Source: a virus (taxonomy: Duplodnaviria; Caudoviricetes). From it: a stretch of 61,084 nucleotides of DNA. A program made the position numbers and the translations under genes. Below, one piece after another: positions 37,834 to 46,130 of the stretch (positions are counted from its first letter, which is position 1; every line of letters begins with the position of its first letter). The stretch spans positions 1 through 61,084 of the IMG/VR virus record IMGVR_UViG_3300021519_000011. The stretch is one strand, 5' to 3'. The notes under the pieces are model-generated. The model was not told where the DNA came from, did not search any database, and worked only from the letters and a program-made list of their open reading frames with translations.

Positions 37834-38754
37834 TCAATAAAACATTTCGCGTGGTACAAATCGAATAGAAGCCTTTTCACGATCTTCATCGGCGGCAAGT
37901 TGGAACTGCTGTTCATAATCCGCTTTTAGTGTCATTACTCTATTTGGATCTACTTCTGGCTTTTTCATGGCAATATAGTAAGCCAATCCAGCGACCATGC
38001 AAGGTAAAAAGCGGAAAGGAATATCTTGCTCAGTAACGCCTGTGCCTGCATCTTGAAGCCGTCTTAATCTCCAGTACACAAACATATACTGGCTTCCGGG
38101 TGAATTGGGGGTAGGCCATACATTAATGCTAGGCAAATTATTCGTATAAGCTACTGTAGCCGTTACATGACTTGTTGCCGTAGTGCCATTTTGGGCGCGG
38201 GCGCAGTTAATAAGTTGGTTTCCGCTAACATTAGCATAGTAGATTGTTTCTGTGTTTAGGTTAATAAACCCATTAGAAGCTAGTACGGTAGCATCACTTA
38301 CATCAATAGTAGTCGCTGAGGAGGTTACATTAGCCGTTAAAACAGCCGTAGTGGGGTTTGTTTGGCCTGTTTGACGGTTTATCCACACTTGTATCGGGCG
38401 CCCCTGTGCGAGCTTATTTGGCAGTGTTGAATAGGTGGATTCAGAAATACGGGTGATATTAATATCAATCTGGTTAGACGTACCATTATTCGTACGTATT
38501 ACTTGGTCTAAAAGGTCAATAGTATCAGTAGGAAATGGGTATGATGCTTGCCCAGTAACCATAGGAATTTGGCCTTGTTCAATAGTCCAGAGGTTAATTC
38601 CACGATTTGCCCACTCAATTGTCAATAGGTTTAAAGACCTACGGGCAGTCCGCATATCATAACCTGTGCGCAGCTCTAAGCCAGCCCGCTCAAAAGCCTC
38701 TTCAACTAAATCGTTGAGGTCTAGGTTAAATACTGATTGCCCTATTGTTGTCAT
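37834..38754 (-). CDS. Head completion / adaptor-like structural protein
   Basis: EEAFERAG...ARRSLNLL..EWANRGINLW, P.RFLPCMVAGLAYY. Confidence 0.55.
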   Translation of the reverse strand: MTTIGQSVFNLDLNDLVEEAFERAGLELRTGYDMRTARRSLNLLTIEWANRGINLWTIEQGQIPMVTGQASYPFPTDTIDLLDQVIRTNNGTSNQIDINITRISESTYSTLPNKLAQGRPIQVWINRQTGQTNPTTAVLTANVTSSATTIDVSDATVLASNGFINLNTETIYYANVSGNQLINCARAQNGTTATSHVTATVAYTNNLPSINVWPTPNSPGSQYMFVYWRLRRLQDAGTGVTEQDIPFRFLPCMVAGLAYYIAMKKPEVDPNRVMTLKADYEQQFQLAADEDREKASIRFVPREMFY

Positions 38755-38960
38755 AGTCCTGAAGCTGCTTTCATTGCGATAAGTTCCGCAGTTAGTCTTG
38801 CTATTTCTTCATCTCTCTCGTCTAACTTCCGCATTAGTCCAGAGTTCATATCTGCCCAAAGAACCATATCTTTCATGCGCTCTTTGTGGTCTTCAAACAT
38901 AACTTTAAATAACTTATCAGACGCCTCCATTTGGCGGTCAATAAAATCTTCTGGTTTCAT
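38751..38960 (-). CDS. Hypothetical coiled-coil protein
   Basis: ATGA-coupled at both ends. Confidence 0.55.
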   Translation of the reverse strand: MKPEDFIDRQMEASDKLFKVMFEDHKERMKDMVLWADMNSGLMRKLDERDEEIARLTAELIAMKAASGL

Positions 38961-39133
38961 TTTAAACCTTTTAATGTCTCCGCTAATCTAGCACGTTTGC
39001 CTAATTTACCGGGTTTTTTTGCCACAGCAGCTAACTTTGATTCTGGAATAGGTTTTCCAGCTTTAGCACCAAGCGCTTTGCGTAATGATCCGGGTTTTTT
39101 AATTGCGTCTTGAATCCAATTTTTAGTAGCCAT
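38957..39133 (-). CDS. Small basic protein (58 aa)
   Basis: Manual translation MATKNWIQDAIKKPGSLRKALG...RARLAETLKGLK. Confidence 0.65.
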   Translation of the reverse strand: MATKNWIQDAIKKPGSLRKALGAKAGKPIPESKLAAVAKKPGKLGKRARLAETLKGLK

Positions 39134-39381
39134 TATTTCTTCGCTGTTTTTAAAGAGTTAATAAAAGCTTGCTTAGTTGGTGCGCCTTTAGATCCGGGCT
39201 TTCTCATCTTCTCGCCAGAACCAGCAGCAATCCGTTTTTTCTTCGCGTTGATATTAGCGTACAAACCAACCTTACCGCCCTCAGCAAATTGAGTGAAATC
39301 AGTATTGTCTCTGCGGGCTTTCTTTACGCCACTAGGCATTTTAGATGGGGATATATCGCCCATACCACGGCTAGGTCTCAT
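39133..39381 (-). CDS. Small basic protein with FAEGG tag
   Basis: MRPSRGMG...FAEGG..GLYANI.AK..RI..GSGEKMRKPG.KGAPT. Confidence 0.7.
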   Translation of the reverse strand: MRPSRGMGDISPSKMPSGVKKARRDNTDFTQFAEGGKVGLYANINAKKKRIAAGSGEKMRKPGSKGAPTKQAFINSLKTAKK

Positions 39382-39626
39382 ACCATTTTTCCTTTGGTTT
39401 TACCTTTAACACAACATCCATCCGCACGAGCAGAAGCTGAAGAAACCTTACCGCCTGATTTCATACCAGTAACATTGCCCATAGTATCTACGGCAGGAAT
39501 GTTCTGTTCGGTTGTGCCAAACATTTCATAGTCGCGTTGCTTTTCCTGACGGATTCCGCGCTCTTTATTAGCTTTGTAATAAGCTTCGCGCTTCTCTTTT
39601 TCTTTGCCGGTTTCTGTGTATGCCAT
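39378..39626 (-). CDS. Small basic protein with RADGC tail
   Basis: MKSGGKVSSASARADGCCVKGKTKG. Confidence 0.7.
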   Translation of the reverse strand: MAYTETGKEKEKREAYYKANKERGIRQEKQRDYEMFGTTEQNIPAVDTMGNVTGMKSGGKVSSASARADGCCVKGKTKGKMV

Positions 39627-39629
39627 GAT

Positions 39630-39998
39630 TTAGCACATCCCGCCAGATTTCATTTTAATCATTGTGCCTTTGCTTTTGCCTTTAGTAGCGCAGCCATCAG
39701 CTTTAGATAATTGACCACCTTTAGATAATTTTAAAGTTGTTCCTTTACCGCCTTTATGCTCTTGCATATCGTGCTGTTTAAAGGCTTTCTTAATCATCGC
39801 CGTGTCTTGGGCTTTGTCCATTTTTGTATCTTCTTTCATATCGCTCTTAGCCATACCGCCACCTTTAAATGTTTTGCCTTTATCGGCTTTGTTAAAATCC
39901 ATTCCCACGGACTGTGGGATACCAACTTTCTTAGCAAATGCTGGGTTATGAGCAACTGCCGCCATGAGGTTGTGCTGCTTTTTAGATACGCTAGGCAC
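39630..39998 (-). CDS. Small basic protein
   Basis: MPS.SKKQH..MAAVAHNP.FAKKVGIPQSVG; KADGCATKGKSKG. Confidence 0.7.
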   Translation of the reverse strand: MPSVSKKQHNLMAAVAHNPAFAKKVGIPQSVGMDFNKADKGKTFKGGGMAKSDMKEDTKMDKAQDTAMIKKAFKQHDMQEHKGGKGTTLKLSKGGQLSKADGCATKGKSKGTMIKMKSGGMC

Positions 39999-40407
39999 GA
40001 GTCTTACCCCTTATTGCGCAACCATCTGCACGAGCAGAAGCTGATTTTACTTTACCGCCCGACTTATATCCAGCATCATCGTAGTCTGACCTATATGCCA
40101 CAGTATCACTCTTAACCTGTTTTAAAATATCTTTTCTAGCTAACGCATCTGGGGTAATTGATGCATTACCGTTAAACCCTTTTTGTATAAATCTTGGTGC
40201 ATTTTTCATCAAAGCTACTTTACGAGTAATCGCATCAATCATAGGGTGGTCACCCTCTGCGGTTTGGAACTCAGATTTTGCTGGAACGGCTACTGGCGTT
40301 AATTTATCAGCTACTTTATCAGCAACAACTTCAGCCTTATTCTTTTTGGCGGCTTCAAAATCGTCAATAAACGAAGATCCGCCTTCAGCAAACTTTTTCT
40401 TTTTCAT
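39991..40407 (-). CDS. Small protein with RADGC tail
   Basis: FAEGG...YKSGGKVKSASARADGCAIRGKT. Confidence 0.7.
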   Translation of the reverse strand: MKKKKFAEGGSSFIDDFEAAKKNKAEVVADKVADKLTPVAVPAKSEFQTAEGDHPMIDAITRKVALMKNAPRFIQKGFNGNASITPDALARKDILKQVKSDTVAYRSDYDDAGYKSGGKVKSASARADGCAIRGKTRA

Positions 40408-40808
40408 ACAAAACGTCCTTTAGTTTTACCTTTGATAGCACAACCATCTGCACGTTTGGAGGCTGAAGACGTAGAACCACCTTTAGCCATTTTCTTTACA
40501 GCGCCGCCTTTTTTCATTCCCGAAGCTCGCAAAGCGCCCATACCAGCCAAACTAGCACCAAGACCCCTACCGCGAGGAACCATTAAGCCCATAGGTCTAG
40601 CAACTACATCCGGTCTATCCATATTGTCTTGAAAACCGCCCGCCGTATCACTAAGAACAGGAGCAAGTCCAGCGCTAACAGGACCACCACGCACAGGAGC
40701 AATTCCAGCGGCTACAGGAACATCAGCGGGAGCGTCTTCTACATATCTTTGTGATTCACCGTCGTCAACAAAACGTCCGCCAGCAGCAAATTTTTTCATC
40801 TTTTTCAT
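40404..40808 (-). CDS. Small protein with RADGC tail
   Basis: FAAGG...MKKGG..MAKGG..SASKRADGCAIKGKTKG. Confidence 0.7.
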   Translation of the reverse strand: MKKMKKFAAGGRFVDDGESQRYVEDAPADVPVAAGIAPVRGGPVSAGLAPVLSDTAGGFQDNMDRPDVVARPMGLMVPRGRGLGASLAGMGALRASGMKKGGAVKKMAKGGSTSSASKRADGCAIKGKTKGRFV

Positions 40809-41053
40809 TTATGACTCCAATATCCAATAATTAAACCAATAACTCCAGTGATAATACTAACTCCACCACCGATAGCCATTAACGTTTTCCAGCCACCTTT
40901 AGCTTCAGACAGGGTTTTTTCAATGTTTTGGAGCGTAGCTTTAATTTCAGCCATCTCTACTATCATTTTATCCATGTCTTCCTGCAAGTGTTGAATGTTA
41001 CTGGCGTGAGTAGCTAATTCTCTTGCCGTCTCAATTGGATCAATATTATTCAT
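40805..41053 (-). CDS. Coiled-coil protein with a C-terminal TM helix
   Basis: Heptad pattern then GGWKTLMAIGGGVSIITGVIGLIIG. Confidence 0.65.
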   Translation of the reverse strand: MNNIDPIETARELATHASNIQHLQEDMDKMIVEMAEIKATLQNIEKTLSEAKGGWKTLMAIGGGVSIITGVIGLIIGYWSHK

Positions 41054-41310
41054 TAACACTTCCATCGAGCTAGACTAGCCGCTTTACGAGTAGGTCTGCC
41101 CTTTTCATCTTTCATGGGTCCGGGCATTCCAGACATACGCGCGCAAAAAGATTTCTTCCTAGCTCCGCCTTCAGGCTGTGGAGCCTTTAGGTTAGAGCCA
41201 GTAGCGGCGTTATATTTAGCACGACCTTTGGCAGTCAGTCCAGCTCCCTTAGATACAGGAAGCTTTTCACCACGACCTATTGCTAGAGAAGGACCTTTTT
41301 TCTTAGCCAT
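41053..41310 (-). CDS. Basic phage protein (DUF6321-like)
   Basis: GLTAKGRAKYN..TGSNLKAP...RKKSFCARM.G...L.RWKC. Confidence 0.7.
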   Translation of the reverse strand: MAKKKGPSLAIGRGEKLPVSKGAGLTAKGRAKYNAATGSNLKAPQPEGGARKKSFCARMSGMPGPMKDEKGRPTRKAASLARWKC

Positions 41311-41791
41311 AAAATACGATTGCGCCAGTAACGTTGCTAAGTTCTGCATAAATGCCATTATTAGCTTTAATACCTTCGCCGGGCAATAACATATAAGTTT
41401 CTGCTTGAATGTTCGCTGTATCCCAAGACATCAACCAACGGGTATTAATAGAACAGTTTCCTGCCGCAGTACCCGTATTAATATCGGTAAAAGTAAACGC
41501 ATTAGCATTAGCTAAAGAAGTAACCACATAATTGCCGTCCGTTGCATTATTTGATGTTGCTACAAATCCAAATGCTTGCCCATTGGTTAAACCATGAGCC
41601 GTTACGGATACAGTTACAGTAGTGTTAGCACGAGCGTAAGTACCAGTTAAAGGAGCGGCGGTTGAATCCCACAAGTTTACATAGCCAGCAGTTGCGCCAG
41701 CAGTAGATAAAACACCCTTTAAACGGCAAGTACTTGTTACAGCATTACCCGACACATTGAAGTGCGAGGCTTTTACGTCATATTGCATCAT
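41303..41791 (-). CDS. Structural protein
   Basis: MQYDVK...LPGEGI....GIY...VFYG with an inserted TAHGL beta domain. Confidence 0.65.
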   Translation of the reverse strand: MMQYDVKASHFNVSGNAVTSTCRLKGVLSTAGATAGYVNLWDSTAAPLTGTYARANTTVTVSVTAHGLTNGQAFGFVATSNNATDGNYVVTSLANANAFTFTDINTGTAAGNCSINTRWLMSWDTANIQAETYMLLPGEGIKANNGIYAELSNVTGAIVFYG

Positions 41792-41815
41792 AATTAATCT
41801 CCTAAAGATTTAAGT

Positions 41816-41831
41816 GGGGGACGAATCCCCC
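41816..41831 (-). terminator. UUCG-capped GC hairpin (weak terminator or stabiliser)
   Basis: GGGGGA-UUCG-UCCCCC on the - strand between genes; short U run. Confidence 0.4.
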
Positions 41832-41839
41832 TAGATTAA

Positions 41840-42349
41840 TTAAACGTTTTGCTGACCGTTGTCCGCTACGTAATAACTAATTAAACCCGTTACAGGACCA
41901 CCAACAGCACCAGCGGCGCCAATAGCAGAGGTAACAATAATTAAATTAGTTGCGTTAGCTACGTTGCCTAAAGAAGCGCCGCCACCTGTGCCACCTACGT
42001 TAATAGTTGTACGAGCAACTACGTTAGCAGCGTTTGTAAAAGCCGCAGGAACGTTAGTACCTAAAGCAATCGCTTGTCCGGGGCCGCCACCAGTAATTGG
42101 GGTAAACCCTATGTTAGCTGCTGAGTTTGCACCAGTTGAACCAGTAGTAATACTTACACGTAAAACAACCGTGTTAGCTGGCAGAATAATTGGAGCCGTA
42201 TTAGTAGCAGAAACTGTTACGTTTGCGGAAGTAGAGGATGCGTTGGCGATGTAAAACTGAGCGATCATTTCCATTGAACCAGCATAAGCTGTACGAGTAG
42301 AATCGCCACCTGTTGAACGCCATAACGACGAGGTAGTTGCTAAAGTCAT
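41840..42349 (-). CDS. Structural (capsid decoration-like) protein
   Basis: Ala/Thr/Asn-rich beta protein directly downstream of the major capsid gene. Confidence 0.6.
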   Translation of the reverse strand: MTLATTSSLWRSTGGDSTRTAYAGSMEMIAQFYIANASSTSANVTVSATNTAPIILPANTVVLRVSITTGSTGANSAANIGFTPITGGGPGQAIALGTNVPAAFTNAANVVARTTINVGGTGGGASLGNVANATNLIIVTSAIGAAGAVGGPVTGLISYYVADNGQQNV

Positions 42350-42359
42350 GATAAATTGT

Positions 42360-42431
42360 CCTTGCATATAAGATCAGCTTATCAATCAATATGCTGTCTG
42401 CCGGGACAGTTTGATAAGCCGGTTTTCCCGG
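42360..42431 (-). ncRNA. Candidate pseudoknotted cis-regulatory RNA in the 5' UTR of ORF 42349
   Basis: Stems GCUUAUCAA/UUGAUAAGC, CUGUC/GACAG and CCGG/CCGG; CAUAU can pair with AUAUG next to the RBS. Confidence 0.45.
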
Positions 42432-42474
42432 TTTCTCCAATAATACTACAACTATAAATAAATACAACACTTTG

Positions 42475-42505
42475 AAAAAGAAAAACCCCGCCTTTTGAGC
42501 GGGGT
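42475..42505 (-). terminator. Intrinsic terminator after the major capsid gene
   Basis: ACCCCGC-UCAAAAG-GCGGGGU then UUUUCUUUUU. Confidence 0.85.
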
Positions 42506-42530
42506 CTTCGTAAGTCTTATATAAGACTAA

Positions 42531-43439
42531 TTAAGCACCTGCTGAACCGAACATCCCGAGGGGATCGCTCCAGCCAAAGCTATAACGCTCGCGTGACTTG
42601 TAGCGGACATTGCCCGTGTCGAAGTCGCCGTCCATTGACTGAGCCAAAGGCGAACGCACAAAGTGCTTCATACCGTTTGGAACGTCCGTGGTCAAGAACC
42701 AACCATTGGTGTCGGTTAGGAAATGGTTAATGGTATAACCTTCCGAAACAGAACCGTTGTTCTTAATGGCGTTGATGTCATTGTCGTTTGTACCAACACG
42801 TAATTCAGTTTCGAGCAAGCGAGTTGCAACGAACTGGAGTGAAGGTGGAACGATCAATTTCTTAGGCTTGGAAGCAATTAACAGACCACGTTCGTCAGTC
42901 CACAAGCTAATTTGAATTACAGCGGCTTCTAACGAAGTCTCATTCAAGTCGGCAGGGGTTGTAGGAATGTTGCTGTTAGTACCGCCAGATACCAATGGGT
43001 GTGATGCGCTGAATAAAGGAACGCCGTCGCCACCGTTATAGCCAGTAGTGAAACCGTTATTCAATACAGCAGCAGCTTTAACCTGTTTGGTATAAGCCAT
43101 AGCACGAGCTAAGGACTTGGTATAACGAGCTGATAGGCTATCGTAGAGGTTGTCTTCGATTGCTTCTTCAGTCAAGCTAAAGCCAAGGGCAATAGTTTCG
43201 TGGTTGTAGCGAGCAGTCCATGCTTCTTGAGCATTGTCATAAGCGATGGCAGAGCCTTCGTTTTTAACAGGTGCAGCAGAAAAGCCGGAAAGCTTTGTTT
43301 CTTCTTCAAAAGAACGCTCTGAGGTCTCAGTTTCGTAGATCTCTTTGTGTTCTTCACCGTAGCGAGCATACTCTAAGCCGAACAATGCATTCAGTCCGGG
43401 GAGCAACTCTTTCAGTAGTTGTGCGCGTGAAATAGCCAT
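42531..43439 (-). CDS. Major capsid protein
   Basis: MAISRAQLLKELLPGLNALFG, GDGVPLFS.SHP, P.KLIVP, DFDTGNVRYK.RERYSFG.SD. Confidence 0.9.
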   Translation of the reverse strand: MAISRAQLLKELLPGLNALFGLEYARYGEEHKEIYETETSERSFEEETKLSGFSAAPVKNEGSAIAYDNAQEAWTARYNHETIALGFSLTEEAIEDNLYDSLSARYTKSLARAMAYTKQVKAAAVLNNGFTTGYNGGDGVPLFSASHPLVSGGTNSNIPTTPADLNETSLEAAVIQISLWTDERGLLIASKPKKLIVPPSLQFVATRLLETELRVGTNDNDINAIKNNGSVSEGYTINHFLTDTNGWFLTTDVPNGMKHFVRSPLAQSMDGDFDTGNVRYKSRERYSFGWSDPLGMFGSAGA

Positions 43440-43451
43440 TTAATTAGCTCC

Positions 43452-44078
43452 TTAAACGTAATTCTGGGCCGCAGCCAACAGAATTTGGGGGTTAGTGAAC
43501 TTCACGATAACTTCCGTGTAGGCGTTTGAGCCAGTGGCTGTTTCAGGAACTACTGCAATCACACGAACAGGTGCTGCTGCTGCGTTACCACTACCAACTA
43601 CGGGAGCAATAAGCGAAACGGCGGAATCACCAGTAGTGGCTGATCCTGTACCTTGACGTAGAGTTTGATTAGTACCAACAACAGACGAGTTAGCTGTAGT
43701 AATAGTAGTGTTACCAGAATAGGTAATAGCTACTTTAAAAGCTGCCATAGGATCGTCAACAACATAAGCAACAGCAGTACTAGCAGCAGCATTACCGGGG
43801 TAATATTGAGCTTGAACTAGCTGACTTTGACTATTAACGTACTGAACACCCATAAACACACCATAAGTTAAGTTAGCGGTATTGTCTGTGGTTGAATCAA
43901 TAGTTACAGTCGATTTAATAATATTGCCACCTTTGATCATAACTACGTCACCGTTGTAAATCGCAGTGTTATAAGTACTGGCGATTGGTAACTGACGTGT
44001 AGCCCCAGCATAGGGCAAAAAGTCAGCACGGTTAACTGGAACTAGACCATAGGGAGCAGAAACGGTTGGATAAGCCAT
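43452..44078 (-). CDS. Head decoration / cement protein
   Basis: APYGL.P, I..GD.V, GVF.G..Y, AYVVDDP; upstream of the capsid gene. Confidence 0.6.
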   Translation of the reverse strand: MAYPTVSAPYGLVPVNRADFLPYAGATRQLPIASTYNTAIYNGDVVMIKGGNIIKSTVTIDSTTDNTANLTYGVFMGVQYVNSQSQLVQAQYYPGNAAASTAVAYVVDDPMAAFKVAITYSGNTTITTANSSVVGTNQTLRQGTGSATTGDSAVSLIAPVVGSGNAAAAPVRVIAVVPETATGSNAYTEVIVKFTNPQILLAAAQNYV

Positions 44079-44100
44079 TTAAATCTCCTAGATAAAAAAA

Positions 44101-44550
44101 TTAAGAACCTTTACCAAAGCTCGTCGAGGATTTTCGCTCTGAAAAGAGGGGCATCCTTGGGTCACTTTGGCGCATAAGATTATTGTCTACAGCTTCCGTT
44201 TGGGCTTGGCTTTGCTTCGCGTAATGCGCGTTGCGTTGCTGAACAAACTCAGTCGGAGTCTTGCAAAGTAATAATCCGCCAATCTCAATATTGTCCTTAA
44301 AGCGACTATTGGGATCAACTAAGAGTTGAAATTTAGGTTGTTCTTCGACTCTAACGGGTTCCCAACCTTCTCTCAGTTTTGCTGAAAGATTGCGAGGATC
44401 TGCTACGTTTAGGTTCGAGACACGAATCCATCGATACGAAAAACCAGCCTCTTTGTCAGGCTCAGGGAGCAGCTCAGGTTGCGACCACTCTGTAGGTCGC
44501 TCATAAACTGCACGGGTTTCTACATCACGTTTTGTTCTTACTTCAGCCAT
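44101..44550 (-). CDS. Conserved head-module protein
   Basis: YRWIR, KLREGWEPV, IGGLLLCK. Confidence 0.7.
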   Translation of the reverse strand: MAEVRTKRDVETRAVYERPTEWSQPELLPEPDKEAGFSYRWIRVSNLNVADPRNLSAKLREGWEPVRVEEQPKFQLLVDPNSRFKDNIEIGGLLLCKTPTEFVQQRNAHYAKQSQAQTEAVDNNLMRQSDPRMPLFSERKSSTSFGKGS

Positions 44551-45520
44551 TTTGGGCCTCCAATTTAGTTAGTTCACGGGCATATTGCTCAGGGGTCAGT
44601 CCTAGTTTTTTAGACAAGAGAACTTGCGTTTTGCTCAGACGTATCTTTTTAGGGGACGTACTGCGCGTTGCTGGCGCTACTACCGTGCTAGCTTTTGGTC
44701 GATTTTCCCTTACAGGTTCATCTTCCGCGTCGTTAGTATCCTCGAAATTTTCGGGGAATCGTTTACGCATTGTGTTATCAATGCGGTTGTAGTACTCATC
44801 AGATCCAGCCGATACACCACTGCGAACTAACTTTTCATGCAATCCTAGAGCAAGACTGGTCATTTCTTCATCTTGACCAAACCAATCATTTCGTTTTTGC
44901 CAGCTTACTGCTTTATGGTCGGGTGTTGTTACTTGCTGATTATTGCTTTGTACCTCGTTTTGCTCTTCTTGTAAAGCTTTTTGATAAACGTGCTGATAAT
45001 TCTGCGCTTTATCCATCCGCAAACTAGCTGCGGTCATCTTTTCCTGAGCTTCTAAAAGCTTGTCTGCATCGCCAGATTCATACGCGGACTTAAATTCAGC
45101 TTTCGCCATATCCATTTCTCGCGCTGTAGCCTGTTTTACTGTGTCAACATAGGCTGTTTCACCGTTGGAAAGGCGTTCTTTGAGGGTTTTATTCTCATCC
45201 ATAAACCTTTTTGCAACGCGTACAGCCTCTTGTTGCTCACGTAAAGCAGCTTCTTTGGCTCTGCGTTCATCGTGCCAGACTTTTTTAAGCTGTTTTAGCT
45301 TGTCTTTAGCTTCTTCTTGGTACTTATCTAGCTCGGTTTCTTCCAATTCCTTAACAACTGAGGGATGTAAGTTCTTACGATCACGATCAGCGGGTGGGGT
45401 ATCGTCTTCAATCTCGATATCTATGTCAGATTTAGCTTCAACTTCAGGTTCTGGTGCTTTTTTCTCTTCTATTTCGTCAGGAAATTCAAATTCTTCCATC
45501 TCTTGTTGATTTTCAGCCAT
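44543..45520 (-). CDS. Capsid scaffolding protein
   Basis: Acidic coiled coil; W...N.WFG; C-terminal KKLGLTPEQYA. Confidence 0.7.
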   Translation of the reverse strand: MAENQQEMEEFEFPDEIEEKKAPEPEVEAKSDIDIEIEDDTPPADRDRKNLHPSVVKELEETELDKYQEEAKDKLKQLKKVWHDERRAKEAALREQQEAVRVAKRFMDENKTLKERLSNGETAYVDTVKQATAREMDMAKAEFKSAYESGDADKLLEAQEKMTAASLRMDKAQNYQHVYQKALQEEQNEVQSNNQQVTTPDHKAVSWQKRNDWFGQDEEMTSLALGLHEKLVRSGVSAGSDEYYNRIDNTMRKRFPENFEDTNDAEDEPVRENRPKASTVVAPATRSTSPKKIRLSKTQVLLSKKLGLTPEQYARELTKLEAQNG

Positions 45521-45530
45521 TTTCTACTCC

Positions 45531-45941
45531 TTAAGCGCGTTTAATGCCGCGAGGATCCTGAACTACAGACTCTACGGAATCGTCGTTGATCAATCTGAAT
45601 TCACGACCATGTATTAAAAGGCGTGTTCCAGCGTTTGGTCTAACAATTACAAAGTCACCCTGCTTACACCAAGGACCCGTAGGGAATCTCTTCTCATCTT
45701 TGTAACAATCAGGCCCCAAATGAACCACGAATAGGACTGTTGCCAGTTTTTCTTCGAAATTAATGGTATCGCTAGACTTTAATATGCCACTTTCATACTC
45801 TTCTTCAGCCTCTGGGATAGCGCATAGGATGCGATAACCTGAAGGAATGGGAAGTTGTCGTGCTTTTTCATCTGCTTCTTTGTTGAGTAATGCTGATAAA
45901 TCTACCGCCCTACCTAAATCTACTGCCGTTTGGTCACTCAT
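45531..45941 (-). CDS. groES: GroES-like co-chaperonin
   Basis: P.GYRIL, SGI, VV..GP..Y, GD.VI, EFRLINDD.V. Confidence 0.8.
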   Translation of the reverse strand: MSDQTAVDLGRAVDLSALLNKEADEKARQLPIPSGYRILCAIPEAEEEYESGILKSSDTINFEEKLATVLFVVHLGPDCYKDEKRFPTGPWCKQGDFVIVRPNAGTRLLIHGREFRLINDDSVESVVQDPRGIKRA

Positions 45942-46128
45942 CCGAGTTCTCCACGTTTTTTGCAAGGTCTGCGATAAAAAGACGTGCGGTCAACAGACCC
46001 TGAACTTCACCACACATCTTTTGGTAATCGGAATAGTCTTTAGCTGCTCCTGTACCAAGGGATTCCTGCAATCGTTGAACTTTGTCATCTATCTTTTCAG
46101 TTAAATGATTAAGCGCTTTTTCTAACAT
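45934..46128 (-). CDS. Hypothetical protein
   Basis: L..G.AKDY..Y...CGEVQGL; between portal and GroES. Confidence 0.7.
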   Translation of the reverse strand: MLEKALNHLTEKIDDKVQRLQESLGTGAAKDYSDYQKMCGEVQGLLTARLFIADLAKNVENSDE

Positions 46129-46130
46129 CG

